Shown: positions 36,734 to 46,763 of the stretch, in pieces
Numbering within the stretch: position 1 is the stretch's first letter
Layout: each line of letters opens with the position of its first letter
IMG/VR virus record: IMGVR_UViG_3300014838_000028
Span: 1-52,904 of that record
Source of the DNA: a virus
Taxonomy: Duplodnaviria; Caudoviricetes
Length of the DNA: 52,904 nt
Reading direction: 5' to 3' (one strand)
Program-made: the position numbers and the translations under genes
Notes under the pieces: model-generated
The model's input: only the letters and a program-made list of their open reading frames with translations
Database searches by the model: none
What the model was told of the DNA's origin: nothing

Positions 36734-37981
36734 ATGGCCATCGGTGGCTTTATACCGACGAGTCGGTATTTGCACCAGCTTTCGGCAGGTGCCGTGACGA
36801 ATGTAAACACCGTGGTTAGTGTCTACGATCCTTATGGCAACCCGAAAGCTGGTTATGGGAACATTCCAATTTCCACTCTAACCATCGCTGCAAACCGTAC
36901 CGGTACGCAGCGCACTACGGCTAGCATGACAGTGACACTCGACCCGAATACTTTCTGGCCAAGGCCGATAGACTTGTCGAGTCCACTCGCTCCTAATGGG
37001 AATGAACTATATATCTCCTGCGGTTATGTGTATCCTGATAAGTCGTCAGATATGTTCTTGCAGGGTAAGTTCCCAATAGTAACTTGCACGATGGCTGCTC
37101 AAGGGACATTGTCAATGACAGTGTCAGCCGACGATAGAGCATGGTCGATAGGTCGTAGAGGTCTTACGGCCCCTTATACAGTTCCTGAAGATAACAATGG
37201 GACTTCAGTTGGTACTATTTCTGTAGTCATTTTGAACCTGTTGCAACTAAACATCTCAGCCTTGCCAGCAATAAATTACAATGTGGACAGCACTAATCAG
37301 CTAGCCCCACCAAACACATACAGTGTTGGCCAGGACCCTTGGCAAGCGGCAACCGATTTAGCAACAAGTACAGGTTGGGAACTTTATTTGGACCCGTCGG
37401 GAAACGTGGTTGCTGCACCTCCCGCCTCCGGCGGTACGTCGATTTGGTATATCTCTTCGACACCTGGTAGTCAGATAGCTCTTACTGGCAGTCGAGTTTT
37501 GACAGCCGATCAAATCTTCAATGACTACTTTGTCATTACAGCGAATAGTGACTCCTATAACTACTTCGCAACTAGTCCTACAATTATGCCTCCGGTACAG
37601 TCAGAAGTGTGTGACCAGAATCCTAACAGTCCCACTTATGTTTCTTACTCAGGTGGGTCACCAATGCCGGTCGGTTGGACTGGAGTATATCAAGGTGGTA
37701 CATTTGGAGACATTGTCCAGTTTATACAGTCATCGGTTGCTACTAACTCCTTAGCAGCAGAAGCAGAAGCTCAGCTTGATCTAACTCTGAGTTTAGGGAA
37801 GATTGACACTCTGACACTCGACGGGCCAATAAATCCGGCTGTGCAGATAGATGATTTCTGCAATGTGCTAATCCCTCGTATTGGGCTGACAAGCTGGACA
37901 CAGTATGTCGTCGACGGTTTCTCTACAACATATGCCTTGAATGGCAAGACGTCATACACTCTTAGAAGGGTGATTCTATGA
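36734..37981 (+). CDS. Minor tail (hub) protein
   Basis: LAP.G.EL....G...G.F, D.W.....LA...G.ELY.D..G, NPA....D pattern. Confidence 0.8.
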   Translation: MAIGGFIPTSRYLHQLSAGAVTNVNTVVSVYDPYGNPKAGYGNIPISTLTIAANRTGTQRTTASMTVTLDPNTFWPRPIDLSSPLAPNGNELYISCGYVYPDKSSDMFLQGKFPIVTCTMAAQGTLSMTVSADDRAWSIGRRGLTAPYTVPEDNNGTSVGTISVVILNLLQLNISALPAINYNVDSTNQLAPPNTYSVGQDPWQAATDLATSTGWELYLDPSGNVVAAPPASGGTSIWYISSTPGSQIALTGSRVLTADQIFNDYFVITANSDSYNYFATSPTIMPPVQSEVCDQNPNSPTYVSYSGGSPMPVGWTGVYQGGTFGDIVQFIQSSVATNSLAAEAEAQLDLTLSLGKIDTLTLDGPINPAVQIDDFCNVLIPRIGLTSWTQYVVDGFSTTYALNGKTSYTLRRVIL

Positions 37982-38751
37982 GTATGAACCCGACCACTAT
38001 TACTCTGAGCCCACATGCTCATATAGCAGGACAAGTTAGCTTGATGCAAAGAGCTATAAACAAAAGCGCTCAAAACAACGTACAGGCCGGCGAGATACAT
38101 TATGGACAAATAGCTGGTGCGCCTATTCAGTGTCATGCGGTTACTGGAGCAGGTAGCGGCGGTGCTGCTGCGGGTTCAAACATCCGCAAGGTTCCTGTCC
38201 TTATAGATGGGAATAAAAACTCTCAGCTTTGTGCCTATCCTGCTGACTATTATCCAATGACTGGGGATGTTGTAAAGCTCATTCTTGTCGGGACAGATAA
38301 GAAGGCACGAGGTCATTACCTCGTGATGAACCGCCTGGCATCTGGTCAAAATCCTGACCATGATTCAAAAATTGTTGCTGAGACAGGAGCAGGCGGTACA
38401 ATCCTAACTGCAACTTCTACAGCCATTCTTTCATTTGATCCGTTTGCAGTCTTCGGGATTATTCAAGGAATATTCCGAATTTCTTGGGGAGCTTGGTGGG
38501 CTGCAGGTAACCTATTAGCACAAGCAGTTAGCTACGATGGAGGTGGTGCTAGAACTTATGGACTAACTGGCATCGTTGAATCTACTAGCACTAATGTGGT
38601 CTTCTACACTGCGACAACTATTGCAGGTAACGTAGCAGGTATCCCGCTTACACTCAAATGGGGAAACTCAGCCGCGGGAGGCCCGATAAAAGTTATGGCA
38701 TCATCTAGTGGAACTATGGCTCTTGCTTGTGCCATTGAACAGATTGGATAG
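37978..38751 (+). CDS. Minor tail protein
   Basis: Y.P..GD.V OB-fold pattern; position. Confidence 0.7.
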   Translation: MSMNPTTITLSPHAHIAGQVSLMQRAINKSAQNNVQAGEIHYGQIAGAPIQCHAVTGAGSGGAAAGSNIRKVPVLIDGNKNSQLCAYPADYYPMTGDVVKLILVGTDKKARGHYLVMNRLASGQNPDHDSKIVAETGAGGTILTATSTAILSFDPFAVFGIIQGIFRISWGAWWAAGNLLAQAVSYDGGGARTYGLTGIVESTSTNVVFYTATTIAGNVAGIPLTLKWGNSAAGGPIKVMASSSGTMALACAIEQIG

Positions 38752-38760
38752 GTGGGATAA

Positions 38761-39165
38761 ATGTCTGTCTTCAACCTAATAGCAGCATTGCACGCAACGG
38801 TTGTGCCACTCTCGGCACAGACGAACAATGAGCATTTCCAGATAACGCTGGCAGTAATAGCGATAGTCACAGCAGCGTTAGGCTGGTTCGTCAAGCGAGT
38901 AGTCCAGAATTCGGATGTTCGTTATACAACTCTAGTAACTGAACTACATGAAACAAACAACAAGCTTGCCGGTGTAGCAGAAGGTTTGGCACAAGTTGTA
39001 GGCCAACTAAGGTCTGCAAGTGAACAAAGCCTTATTTTGGCCGCTCAAGTTGCAAAAGACACGGTCATCGCTGCCGCTCAAGTCGCTAGAGAAACAGTTC
39101 AAGCCGCTGAACATTTAGCAGCTAACAAACAAAAGGAGATTCCAAATGGTCCAAGTAGTAACTAA
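38761..39165 (+). CDS. Membrane protein (lysis module)
   Basis: One TM helix followed by a coiled coil. Confidence 0.7.
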   Translation: MSVFNLIAALHATVVPLSAQTNNEHFQITLAVIAIVTAALGWFVKRVVQNSDVRYTTLVTELHETNNKLAGVAEGLAQVVGQLRSASEQSLILAAQVAKDTVIAAAQVARETVQAAEHLAANKQKEIPNGPSSN

Positions 39166-39391
39166 GAAAGCTTCACTAAATCTCAATGCAGTCGCCACTG
39201 ACATTACGAAGTTCGGGGCGCCCGCCGTCACGATCTTTGAAGTGCTCGCCAACACACTGCCTCAGGTCAATCTCAGCAATGGTGCGCAGGCTTGTTTGTC
39301 TGCCGTCCTCGCCGTCCTGACCGCCGTCCTTTCATTCAGCAAGGCTAATGCCGTCGCCAAGGCATCGCCGGTTACCACGGTCGTCCGCTAA
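39146..39391 (+). CDS. Holin candidate
   Basis: 81 aa with two hydrophobic helices; SD AAGGAG. Confidence 0.65.
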   Translation: MVQVVTKKASLNLNAVATDITKFGAPAVTIFEVLANTLPQVNLSNGAQACLSAVLAVLTAVLSFSKANAVAKASPVTTVVR

Positions 39392-40186
39392 GTGTCGCAC
39401 CCGGTATACGGACGTTTCCAGGTAGCTGAGAAGCCGAGGTTTGGTAGCCTGTTTCATAGGGACCAAATTCCGGTGACGTACAGGACCGTTTATCATGAGC
39501 CGCTGAATGGGGTATTAGATCAGAGTGACCTAATAGCCCAAGGTATTCATACCTCACAATTCATCCCCGGCTGCAAGACAGATGCCGACGCTCTCGGTAG
39601 CTGTACGGCTAACGGCGGTACGGCCCATCTCTCAACTGTAATTACTTCAGCCGCTTTCTTCGCCTGGACAAAGACGTCGAGTTATGATGACGTCGTCGCC
39701 ATTGAGAAGAATGCAATTGAGTTTTACCATGCAGACACTATGCTCTCTGGTAATCCCTCGACAGAATGGCCCCCGACCGATTGTGGTTCGTCTGGTCCTT
39801 ACGTCTTCGAGCTAGCACAGAAACTCGGTCTTGTGACCAATGAGACTGTGGTTAGTGATGCGGACGGAATAGTGTCCCTTTTGCAAACTGGGACACTGGC
39901 TGTAGGACAACCGTTCTTCAATGCCTGGGAGTCTCCTGATAATAGCGGGTTCATTGATGACGCCGGCATTCGTGGGGCTGTGGCCTCGGGTGTTGCCGGC
40001 GGTCACGAGACTTGCTGGTGGGGCGTCGAGCCTCGCATGAAGGGCAATTCTCTGGACCTGGAGAAAACAGTTATTTGGGCGAGGAATTCATGGGGTTCAG
40101 CATGGGGTGATAAGGGCAACTACTGTTTTAGGTTGGCGACCTTTATCCCTATCCTTCAATACTGCGACATTCGCCAATTTATCTAA
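39392..40186 (+). CDS. Papain-like (C1) cysteine peptidase
   Basis: LDQ...GSCTANG (Cys), GGHE (His), RNSWG..WG..G (Asn). Confidence 0.88.
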   Translation: MSHPVYGRFQVAEKPRFGSLFHRDQIPVTYRTVYHEPLNGVLDQSDLIAQGIHTSQFIPGCKTDADALGSCTANGGTAHLSTVITSAAFFAWTKTSSYDDVVAIEKNAIEFYHADTMLSGNPSTEWPPTDCGSSGPYVFELAQKLGLVTNETVVSDADGIVSLLQTGTLAVGQPFFNAWESPDNSGFIDDAGIRGAVASGVAGGHETCWWGVEPRMKGNSLDLEKTVIWARNSWGSAWGDKGNYCFRLATFIPILQYCDIRQFI

Positions 40187-40202
40187 CCGAGTAGGACCGT
40201 CG

Positions 40203-40288
40203 AAGCCGGCCCGAGTAACGTAGCAGAACTGCACAGCATTATGGAGGCTGCGACTTTGAGCTATGGAACCGGGCCGGCTTTATTTTTA
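40203..40288 (+). terminator. Long hairpin with U-tract ending the late operon
   Basis: AAGCCGGCCCG...CGGGCCGGCTT followed by TATTTTT. Confidence 0.7.
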
Positions 40289-40299
40289 TCTAAAGGAGA

Positions 40300-41079
40300 A
40301 TGTCAGTGGCTAAACCACGCATTTTGATCTATGACCTAGAGACGGCACCCGATCTTGGGCACAGTTGGCGGAAGTGGGATACGAATTTGCTAGATTTTCA
40401 TAGCAATTGGTACATGCTTTCCTTCGCCTGGAAATGGCTCGGTGAAAGAAAGACTTACGTCCTCGGTCTGGACGATTACAACGGCTACCAAGCCGATATG
40501 CAAAACGACTACAGCCTCACAGAGGATTTGTGGATGCTGTTTGATCAAGCGGATATTACTGTTGCCCACAATGGGCGAGCATTTGATAAAGGGAAGGCCC
40601 AGGCAAGATTCATTTATCACAATATGGAACCGCCCAGTCCAACTAAGGATATTGATACTTTCCTCATAGCTAAGAAAGAATTTCGGTTTACAAGTAACAG
40701 TCTAAAAGACTTAGCACAGTACCTAAAGTTAGAAACTCAGAAGGGCGACCCTGGAACATTCCAGACTTGGCTGAATTGTATGGCCGGCGATCCAAAAGCT
40801 TGGAAGCTTATGAAAAAATATAACCGACAAGACGTGGTCGTTCTAGAGCAGCTTTATCTTCGGCTACGCCCCTGGACTACAGGGCATCCTAATATGGCAC
40901 TCTTCGATGACAACCATCCTGATGCTTGCCCGAAGTGCGGAGTGAGTGGACAAATGCAGGGCCGTGGCTGGCGTTACTATTCAGTCACTCGTCGTCAGAG
41001 GTTCCAGTGTCAGGCATGCGGTGGTTATAGCTTAGGCCGCATTCTTGAGAAAACTAAAGTGCTTTACGTGGCAAACTAG
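40300..41079 (+). CDS. DnaQ/RNase H-like 3'-5' exonuclease with C-terminal Zn ribbon
   Basis: YDLET, AHNG..FD, YN.QDV; CPKCG...CQACG. Confidence 0.88.
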   Translation: MSVAKPRILIYDLETAPDLGHSWRKWDTNLLDFHSNWYMLSFAWKWLGERKTYVLGLDDYNGYQADMQNDYSLTEDLWMLFDQADITVAHNGRAFDKGKAQARFIYHNMEPPSPTKDIDTFLIAKKEFRFTSNSLKDLAQYLKLETQKGDPGTFQTWLNCMAGDPKAWKLMKKYNRQDVVVLEQLYLRLRPWTTGHPNMALFDDNHPDACPKCGVSGQMQGRGWRYYSVTRRQRFQCQACGGYSLGRILEKTKVLYVAN

Positions 41080-41092
41080 CAAAGGAGACAAA

Positions 41093-41323
41093 TTGGCACA
41101 TTCATTGAAGCTAGTCGGAGATGGCCCTATCGTCACAGAAATTTTGGTTGATGACAAGCTGTTGCCGAATTGCACTAAGTTGGTCCTTACCCTAGAAGCT
41201 GGTCAAGTTCCAAAACTAGCCCTAGTTTTGGAAGCATGGAATGGCCTCGATATCGAGCTTGAGGGTGTTGACATAACTGAGGTTATCAACAACCACTATA
41301 CACCGGAGTATGTTGAGCCGTGA
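41093..41323 (+). CDS. Hypothetical protein
   Basis: SD AAGGAG, TTG start. Confidence 0.65.
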   Translation: MAHSLKLVGDGPIVTEILVDDKLLPNCTKLVLTLEAGQVPKLALVLEAWNGLDIELEGVDITEVINNHYTPEYVEP

Positions 41324-41703
41324 AGAGCATGAAGCCAGTAGCTTATTTAGCTGGACCTATGACAATCAAGCCTAACTTCAACTATGATATGTTCACTGAA
41401 GCGGCACGTAATTTACGTGCCGCAGGGTGGAAAATCTGGAGTCCGCTGGAGCATGATGTAAAAGCAGGAATGGACCCAAATAATTCTGATTCCTGGGGAG
41501 AGGTAGCAGACGTACATGCACTATTTGCTTGGGACATGATAAAAGTTATCAAGTCCCCAAACATTATTTTACTGCCTGATTGGTTTCTTTCTAAGGGTGT
41601 AGCTGTAGAGCTAAGTTTAGCTCAATACCTCAAGCATCTTGTTTTTCGCTATGAGGTAAATGCTTGTACCGCAGGGTTTCGGTTGATTGATTATGTCTAC
41701 TAA
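41320..41703 (+). CDS. DUF4406 / nucleoside 2-deoxyribosyltransferase-like protein
   Basis: YLAGPMT...NY..F, LPDW..SKG...E motifs. Confidence 0.85.
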   Translation: MKSMKPVAYLAGPMTIKPNFNYDMFTEAARNLRAAGWKIWSPLEHDVKAGMDPNNSDSWGEVADVHALFAWDMIKVIKSPNIILLPDWFLSKGVAVELSLAQYLKHLVFRYEVNACTAGFRLIDYVY

Positions 41704-42103
41704 AATACGCACGTTTGAAACCGGGGCTACCCGAGACAAGGATGACACCAAATACGACTTTGAGGCGTTCCTGTCTCCTGAGGTTCTATGGGCATTTGCA
41801 CGATATATGCATAAGCATCGGATTCAGACAGACGGCTCACTGCGAGATGGTGACAACTGGCAAAAGGGTTTCCCTCTTTCCTCACATATGAAGTCATTCA
41901 TCAGGCACAGTTTTGATCTATGGCTCTGGTGGAGAAGCAGGGAGACTCGTCCTAATCACCGAGTAGCCCGTATATTGCCAAGGCCAGAGGATGGTAAAAT
42001 ACCTGACATAGAAGACACTTTAGCCGCCTTGTTCTTTGCGATACAAGGACTTTGGTTGGAGGTGATAAAAGAGAAAGATGTCTCTGGACCTGGAGAATGT
42101 TAG
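41693..42103 (+). CDS. dATP/dGTP diphosphohydrolase domain protein (DUF5664-like)
   Basis: FETGATRD....K.D...DNWQKG.P.....S..RH motif. Confidence 0.8.
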   Translation: MSTKIRTFETGATRDKDDTKYDFEAFLSPEVLWAFARYMHKHRIQTDGSLRDGDNWQKGFPLSSHMKSFIRHSFDLWLWWRSRETRPNHRVARILPRPEDGKIPDIEDTLAALFFAIQGLWLEVIKEKDVSGPGEC

Positions 42104-43835
42104 CCTAAACCTAATTGAAACTACCGATGATGTCGACAGCTTCCTAGACTGGATGTCTCTGCGCCGTCCCATTATGGGGTGTGACACAGAGACAGGTGGC
42201 CTTGAATGGTGGAACAAAAGACTTCGCACTGTGCAATTCGGTGACTTCAGAGCCGGCTGGACAATACCGTGGGAACGGTGGGCCGGCCTGGTGCATCAAG
42301 TCTTCGACAGGTATACAGCGCCTATCGTCTTTCACAACATGAAATTCGATATCCATTTCCTCGATGAAGTAGGCGGGATAAAAGAAATCGACACCCGCTA
42401 TTTCGCTGACACGAAACTCATGGCCAACATTTTAGACTCTGGTAATTCAGCGAGTCTAAAACCGCTTGCCGTGAGACATCTCGACCCCCGGCTGCAACAC
42501 AGTCAAGAGGAACTAAAACACCATATGGCAAAGAACGGTTGGACATGGGACACGGTCCCGTTCGACTTCCCTCCGTACTGGACATATGCTGCACTCGATC
42601 CTGTCCTGACCGCCGGCATTCACGAGATACTAGAGCCTAAGCTCGAAGGTGACTATCGTGAGCTTTATGAGCTAGAGCTTTCTGTCCACCACATAATCCG
42701 GCGGATGGAAACACGAGGCGTCCGAATCGACGTCGAGTATTGCCAGGCAAAGCGTGATGCACTGGACAAGTTCACAACTGAAATGAAAGCCTACATCAAG
42801 GAGGAATACCACTGCGGTGTAACGCCGGCTCAGGTTGAGAAGGCTCTGCTTCGAGAAGGTGTAGTGCTGACTAAAGAAACGGCGACAGGTAGGTTATCTG
42901 TCGACGCCGACGTGTTAGATGGTGTCGACCACCCGCTAGCTAAGGACGTGTTGGAATATCGCCAGATGCTAAAGGTGAAGAACACCTACTTTGAGAACTT
43001 GCTAGAGTGCCAAGACAATGGCATTGTGCATGCCGACATCTCTCCGATACAGGCTCGCACTTCTCGCATGTCTATTAGTCGTCCACCTCTTCAGCAAATT
43101 CCTGTTCGACATGGTAAGTCAGTCCGTGCTGCGTTTATCCCACGAACAGGAAATCTATTCGTAGATGCTGACTTCGATCAAATCGAACAACGTCTCATAA
43201 CGCATTACTCGGGTGAGGAAGCGTGGCTTGCTGCTTTTGAGGAAGCAGCACAACCTGGAGGTTTAGACGTATTCACATCCCTAGGACGCAAACTTTACCA
43301 CGACCCCGAAATGCCAAAGTCAGACGTCCGTAGGACGTACCTGAAAAATACGGCATACGGCACCGCCTATGGCGGTGGCGCCGAAGCGGTAGCACACCAG
43401 TCGAAGCTGTCTATAGAAGAGACGCAGGCATTCATCAACGAGTATTTTGAGATGTTCCCGAAAGTCAAAGCGTTGATGGACGGGACTATAGCGGCTGTGC
43501 GGAAAAGAAAGGCTGACGACGGTGAGCCGTGGATAAAGACATTCTACGGTCGCCGGCTTGTTGTCCCCGAGGATCGTCTGTATGCCTCGACCAATTACCT
43601 TATCCAAGGTACTGCTAGTGATTTTTTCAAGCGTAAGCTGGTCGAGCTTGACAACTTCGACCTTGCTAAGTTTGTCGTCCTACCGGTGCATGACGAATTT
43701 CTGTTCGACGTGCCCGAGGCAGACGCCCAAGACATTGCAAAGCAGGTTGAAGAGATACTAGTCGACACAGACACTTTCTGTGTCCCCATAACTGCGGGGG
43801 TTGAAATTGGTGCAAACTGGGGGTTGGTCCACTAA
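42078..43835 (+). CDS. polA: DNA polymerase family A with 3'-5' exonuclease
   Basis: CDTET, FHNMKFD, YAALD; motif A DFDQIEQR, motif B RTYLKNTAYGTAYG, motif C VHDE. Confidence 0.95.
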   Translation: MSLDLENVSLNLIETTDDVDSFLDWMSLRRPIMGCDTETGGLEWWNKRLRTVQFGDFRAGWTIPWERWAGLVHQVFDRYTAPIVFHNMKFDIHFLDEVGGIKEIDTRYFADTKLMANILDSGNSASLKPLAVRHLDPRLQHSQEELKHHMAKNGWTWDTVPFDFPPYWTYAALDPVLTAGIHEILEPKLEGDYRELYELELSVHHIIRRMETRGVRIDVEYCQAKRDALDKFTTEMKAYIKEEYHCGVTPAQVEKALLREGVVLTKETATGRLSVDADVLDGVDHPLAKDVLEYRQMLKVKNTYFENLLECQDNGIVHADISPIQARTSRMSISRPPLQQIPVRHGKSVRAAFIPRTGNLFVDADFDQIEQRLITHYSGEEAWLAAFEEAAQPGGLDVFTSLGRKLYHDPEMPKSDVRRTYLKNTAYGTAYGGGAEAVAHQSKLSIEETQAFINEYFEMFPKVKALMDGTIAAVRKRKADDGEPWIKTFYGRRLVVPEDRLYASTNYLIQGTASDFFKRKLVELDNFDLAKFVVLPVHDEFLFDVPEADAQDIAKQVEEILVDTDTFCVPITAGVEIGANWGLVH

Positions 43836-44050
43836 TGCCTAAAGGCATACCGAGAAAGAAATGTGCAAGATGTAGTAAGCCGATAGACTCTGATGATATA
43901 GTTTATCTGGATATCAAGCTCGTCTTTCCCCAAGGAACTATCGGGGAGACTCGTGACACATTATACGTTGCAACCTATCACAAGGCTTGTGTGCCTAAGA
44001 AAAATGAGATAGCTTGCCGGTTGACTAATACACCTTATTTCAGAGGATAG
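43835..44050 (+). CDS. Small Zn-binding protein
   Basis: CARC...YHKAC; TAATG coupling. Confidence 0.65.
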   Translation: MPKGIPRKKCARCSKPIDSDDIVYLDIKLVFPQGTIGETRDTLYVATYHKACVPKKNEIACRLTNTPYFRG

Positions 44051-44396
44051 GAGGAACATGGCAGAGGAAGAGAAAGATAGCGAAAAGCTGCCGCAGGCAC
44101 GGGCAGAGAGATTAGCCGAAGTTCGCAGGCAGTTGAATGCACTGCTCGCCGGAGATAATCCCGAGTACTACCGGACAGAGCAAACGAACATGAGGGACCG
44201 AGCCGAAGTAGAGACTCGGTAATGCCAACGTATAGGGAAAAACTCGAGAATTTCGAGAAGAAGGCCGAGTATCTTCACAACCATGCACGCTCACAAATGA
44301 TTATGGCCGGTGACCTAATCCAAGACATCCGGGCCGAGCTTGTGAAAGTGAAGCAGGCTGAAGATGATGAGATACGTTATATAAACGGAGGTTAGT

Positions 44397-44636
44397 ATGG
44401 CTAGTAAAGAAGACTGGCAAAATGCAGTCCGTACTTTGTTATCTGTCGACAGGTACCCTTCTCCGAAAGTCGTAACTACTTTGCTTAGGACGTTAGGGCA
44501 TACCGAAGTCAAAGTAACAAACAACCTGAACGGCAGGCAGTGCAGCTATCGTGATGAGGTATTGGATGCTTTTATCAAAGAGCATCCCGAGCACCCTATC
44601 TCTTTACGGCGTGAACGTCTTCGGGTGCATACGTGA
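44397..44636 (+). CDS. Hypothetical protein
   Basis: SD GGAGG; preceded by two sub-60-aa ORFs (44058..44222 and 44222..44395). Confidence 0.65.
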   Translation: MASKEDWQNAVRTLLSVDRYPSPKVVTTLLRTLGHTEVKVTNNLNGRQCSYRDEVLDAFIKEHPEHPISLRRERLRVHT

Positions 44637-45070
44637 TAGTCGTCGCAATTGACCCAGGCGTTGCAACCGGAATCGTTGTGTGGAATACCGATCAACGAGA
44701 AGCCGTTGAGACATATGAGCTAAATCAATTCAAAACATGCCAGACATTAGAAAATTGGTTGTATGAAGATGCTGCTCAAACCTCCGTGGTTATCGAGCGG
44801 TACAATATCTCAATCGAGACGGTGAAGAAAACACGACAGACTGCCAGCCTTGAGATAATTGGGGTCGCTAGGTACTTTGCAGAATGTTGGGGCTATCCCT
44901 TTGTTATGCAGAATGCCTCAGACGCAAAGCACTTTATGACTGATCGTAAGCTCAGGGCGTTGGGCTGGTGGGTCCGCAGTGACCACATTCGAGATGCATA
45001 CCGCCATCTCGGTTTGTATATGGCAGAGCAATTACATGACAAGGAGGTTCTACTTGCCGGAAAAAGTTGA
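44633..45070 (+). CDS. RuvC-like Holliday junction resolvase
   Basis: VAIDPG..TG, VIE, H.RDA.RH. Confidence 0.85.
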   Translation: MIVVAIDPGVATGIVVWNTDQREAVETYELNQFKTCQTLENWLYEDAAQTSVVIERYNISIETVKKTRQTASLEIIGVARYFAECWGYPFVMQNASDAKHFMTDRKLRALGWWVRSDHIRDAYRHLGLYMAEQLHDKEVLLAGKS

Positions 45071-46763
45071 GATAACCCTTGAGGATTCTACACTCTGGTA
45101 TAGAGTCCCCTACCGGTACCGTGAACTTATCAAGAAGCTCCCCGGTGCCAAGTACCACGCCAAGCGTGAGCAATGGCATACGCCGTTGACTTGGGCAGCA
45201 TTAGTGCAAGCTCGTGGAATATTCGATGACAGGCTCGACACCGCCGTTGAAGTTGGTGAATGGGCCTGGAATGAATACACAAGCCGGGTACTGGCTGCTG
45301 AGACTTCCCGAGAAGTCGCTTTGAATCCCGACTCCGTCGGAATTCTAGGTGATCCTCGAATGAGGAACTACCAGCGCACAGGCGTTGACTTTCTTGTCAC
45401 TGCACAAAGTGCCGTGCTTGCTGATGACCGAGGGCTAGGCAAGACATTTATTGCTCTACAAACAGTAGAGCAATTAGATGCATTCCCCATATTGGTTGTA
45501 TCACCGAAGACTGCAAAGGTCACATCCTGGGCCGACGAAATAGAGAAGTGGTACCCAGGTCGTTCCTTCACCGTTGTCGACAGCACCGGCAGCCGAAAGT
45601 TGAAACAACTTTCGGCAGACACCGATATAACGGTGGTGAACTTTGAAACCCTTCTAACGGGAAGGATTGCAAGGTACGGCTCAATTCGCTTGTCCGATAA
45701 AGACAGGGAAGACGGCCCGCTGAATAGGGACTGGGGCACAATAGTTGTAGATGAAGGACATAGAGTAAAGGACCCACATGCCAAACAAACAAGAGCCTTA
45801 TGGGCCGTTGGAGAGCGGGCCAAGCACAGATATGTTCTTACCGGCACTCCAATCGCTAACAACCTTTCAGACTTCTGGAGTATCCTTCGATTTATCTCCC
45901 CTGATGAATGGCCTAGCAAGACAGCTTTTGTCGACAGGTATTGCGAAGTCACCTTCGGCTATAATGGCTCAATGGTTATTTCTGGACTGAAGAAGGATAA
46001 CAAGGAAGAGTTCTTCCGCATAGTCGATTGCCGTTTACTCCGACGCACCAAGGAACTTGTCGCCCCTGATCTGCCTCCGAAGGTACATCAGGTTCTCTTT
46101 GTCGATATGACTCCAAAGCAAAAGGCTGCTTACAACGAGATGAAGAAAACGCAGGTTGCTCAGCTAGAGTCCGGTGAGATAGTTGCTTCGTTCAATCCCA
46201 TGACCTTGAAGATGCGGCTTGGTAGGTTCGCCAAAGCCTATTGTGCCGTTGATGATAATGGCAAAATAGTTATGTCGATGCCGTCGAGCACCGTCGATGC
46301 AGTTGTCGAGTTGGCTAATGAGACGACGCCGTTAGTGGTGTTCTCTGCCGCTAAGCAATTGCTCAACCTGGCTGACACCGAACTACAGGCGAAGGGGTTC
46401 ACGACAGCACGAATTACCGGTGATGAGAGTGATAAGCAAAGGAAGGATTCCTTGCTTCGCTTCAACACGAACAAAGCACAGGTGATCCTCTGCACCCTCG
46501 GCGCCGGCTCTGAGAGCATTGATTTGTCTCACGCTAGCGTGCTGGTGTTTATGATGAGAAATTACAGCGCTGTAGCGAACCCACAAGCCGAAGACCGTAT
46601 CCATCGCCTTAGCCAAACAGCCGACCACGTAGTGATAATAGACATCATCACTCCTGGCACTGTCGATGAAGAGATTGTTCCAAAGCTAGAAGCCAAATAC
46701 GAGATAGCAGAGGACTTACTAAGAGATAAGGAAACATTGGAAAGGTATGCCCCTGACAAATAG
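45054..46763 (+). CDS. SNF2-family helicase
   Basis: YQ..G, LADDRGLGKT, VDEGH, LTGTPI.N, QAEDRIHR; SD AAGGAGG before TTG 45054. Confidence 0.92.
   Translation: MPEKVEITLEDSTLWYRVPYRYRELIKKLPGAKYHAKREQWHTPLTWAALVQARGIFDDRLDTAVEVGEWAWNEYTSRVLAAETSREVALNPDSVGILGDPRMRNYQRTGVDFLVTAQSAVLADDRGLGKTFIALQTVEQLDAFPILVVSPKTAKVTSWADEIEKWYPGRSFTVVDSTGSRKLKQLSADTDITVVNFETLLTGRIARYGSIRLSDKDREDGPLNRDWGTIVVDEGHRVKDPHAKQTRALWAVGERAKHRYVLTGTPIANNLSDFWSILRFISPDEWPSKTAFVDRYCEVTFGYNGSMVISGLKKDNKEEFFRIVDCRLLRRTKELVAPDLPPKVHQVLFVDMTPKQKAAYNEMKKTQVAQLESGEIVASFNPMTLKMRLGRFAKAYCAVDDNGKIVMSMPSSTVDAVVELANETTPLVVFSAAKQLLNLADTELQAKGFTTARITGDESDKQRKDSLLRFNTNKAQVILCTLGAGSESIDLSHASVLVFMMRNYSAVANPQAEDRIHRLSQTADHVVIIDIITPGTVDEEIVPKLEAKYEIAEDLLRDKETLERYAPDK

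Noticed and set aside
41693-42103. Z-genome (2-aminoadenine) pathway
   Set aside because: No purZ or datZ-like gene is visible in the window
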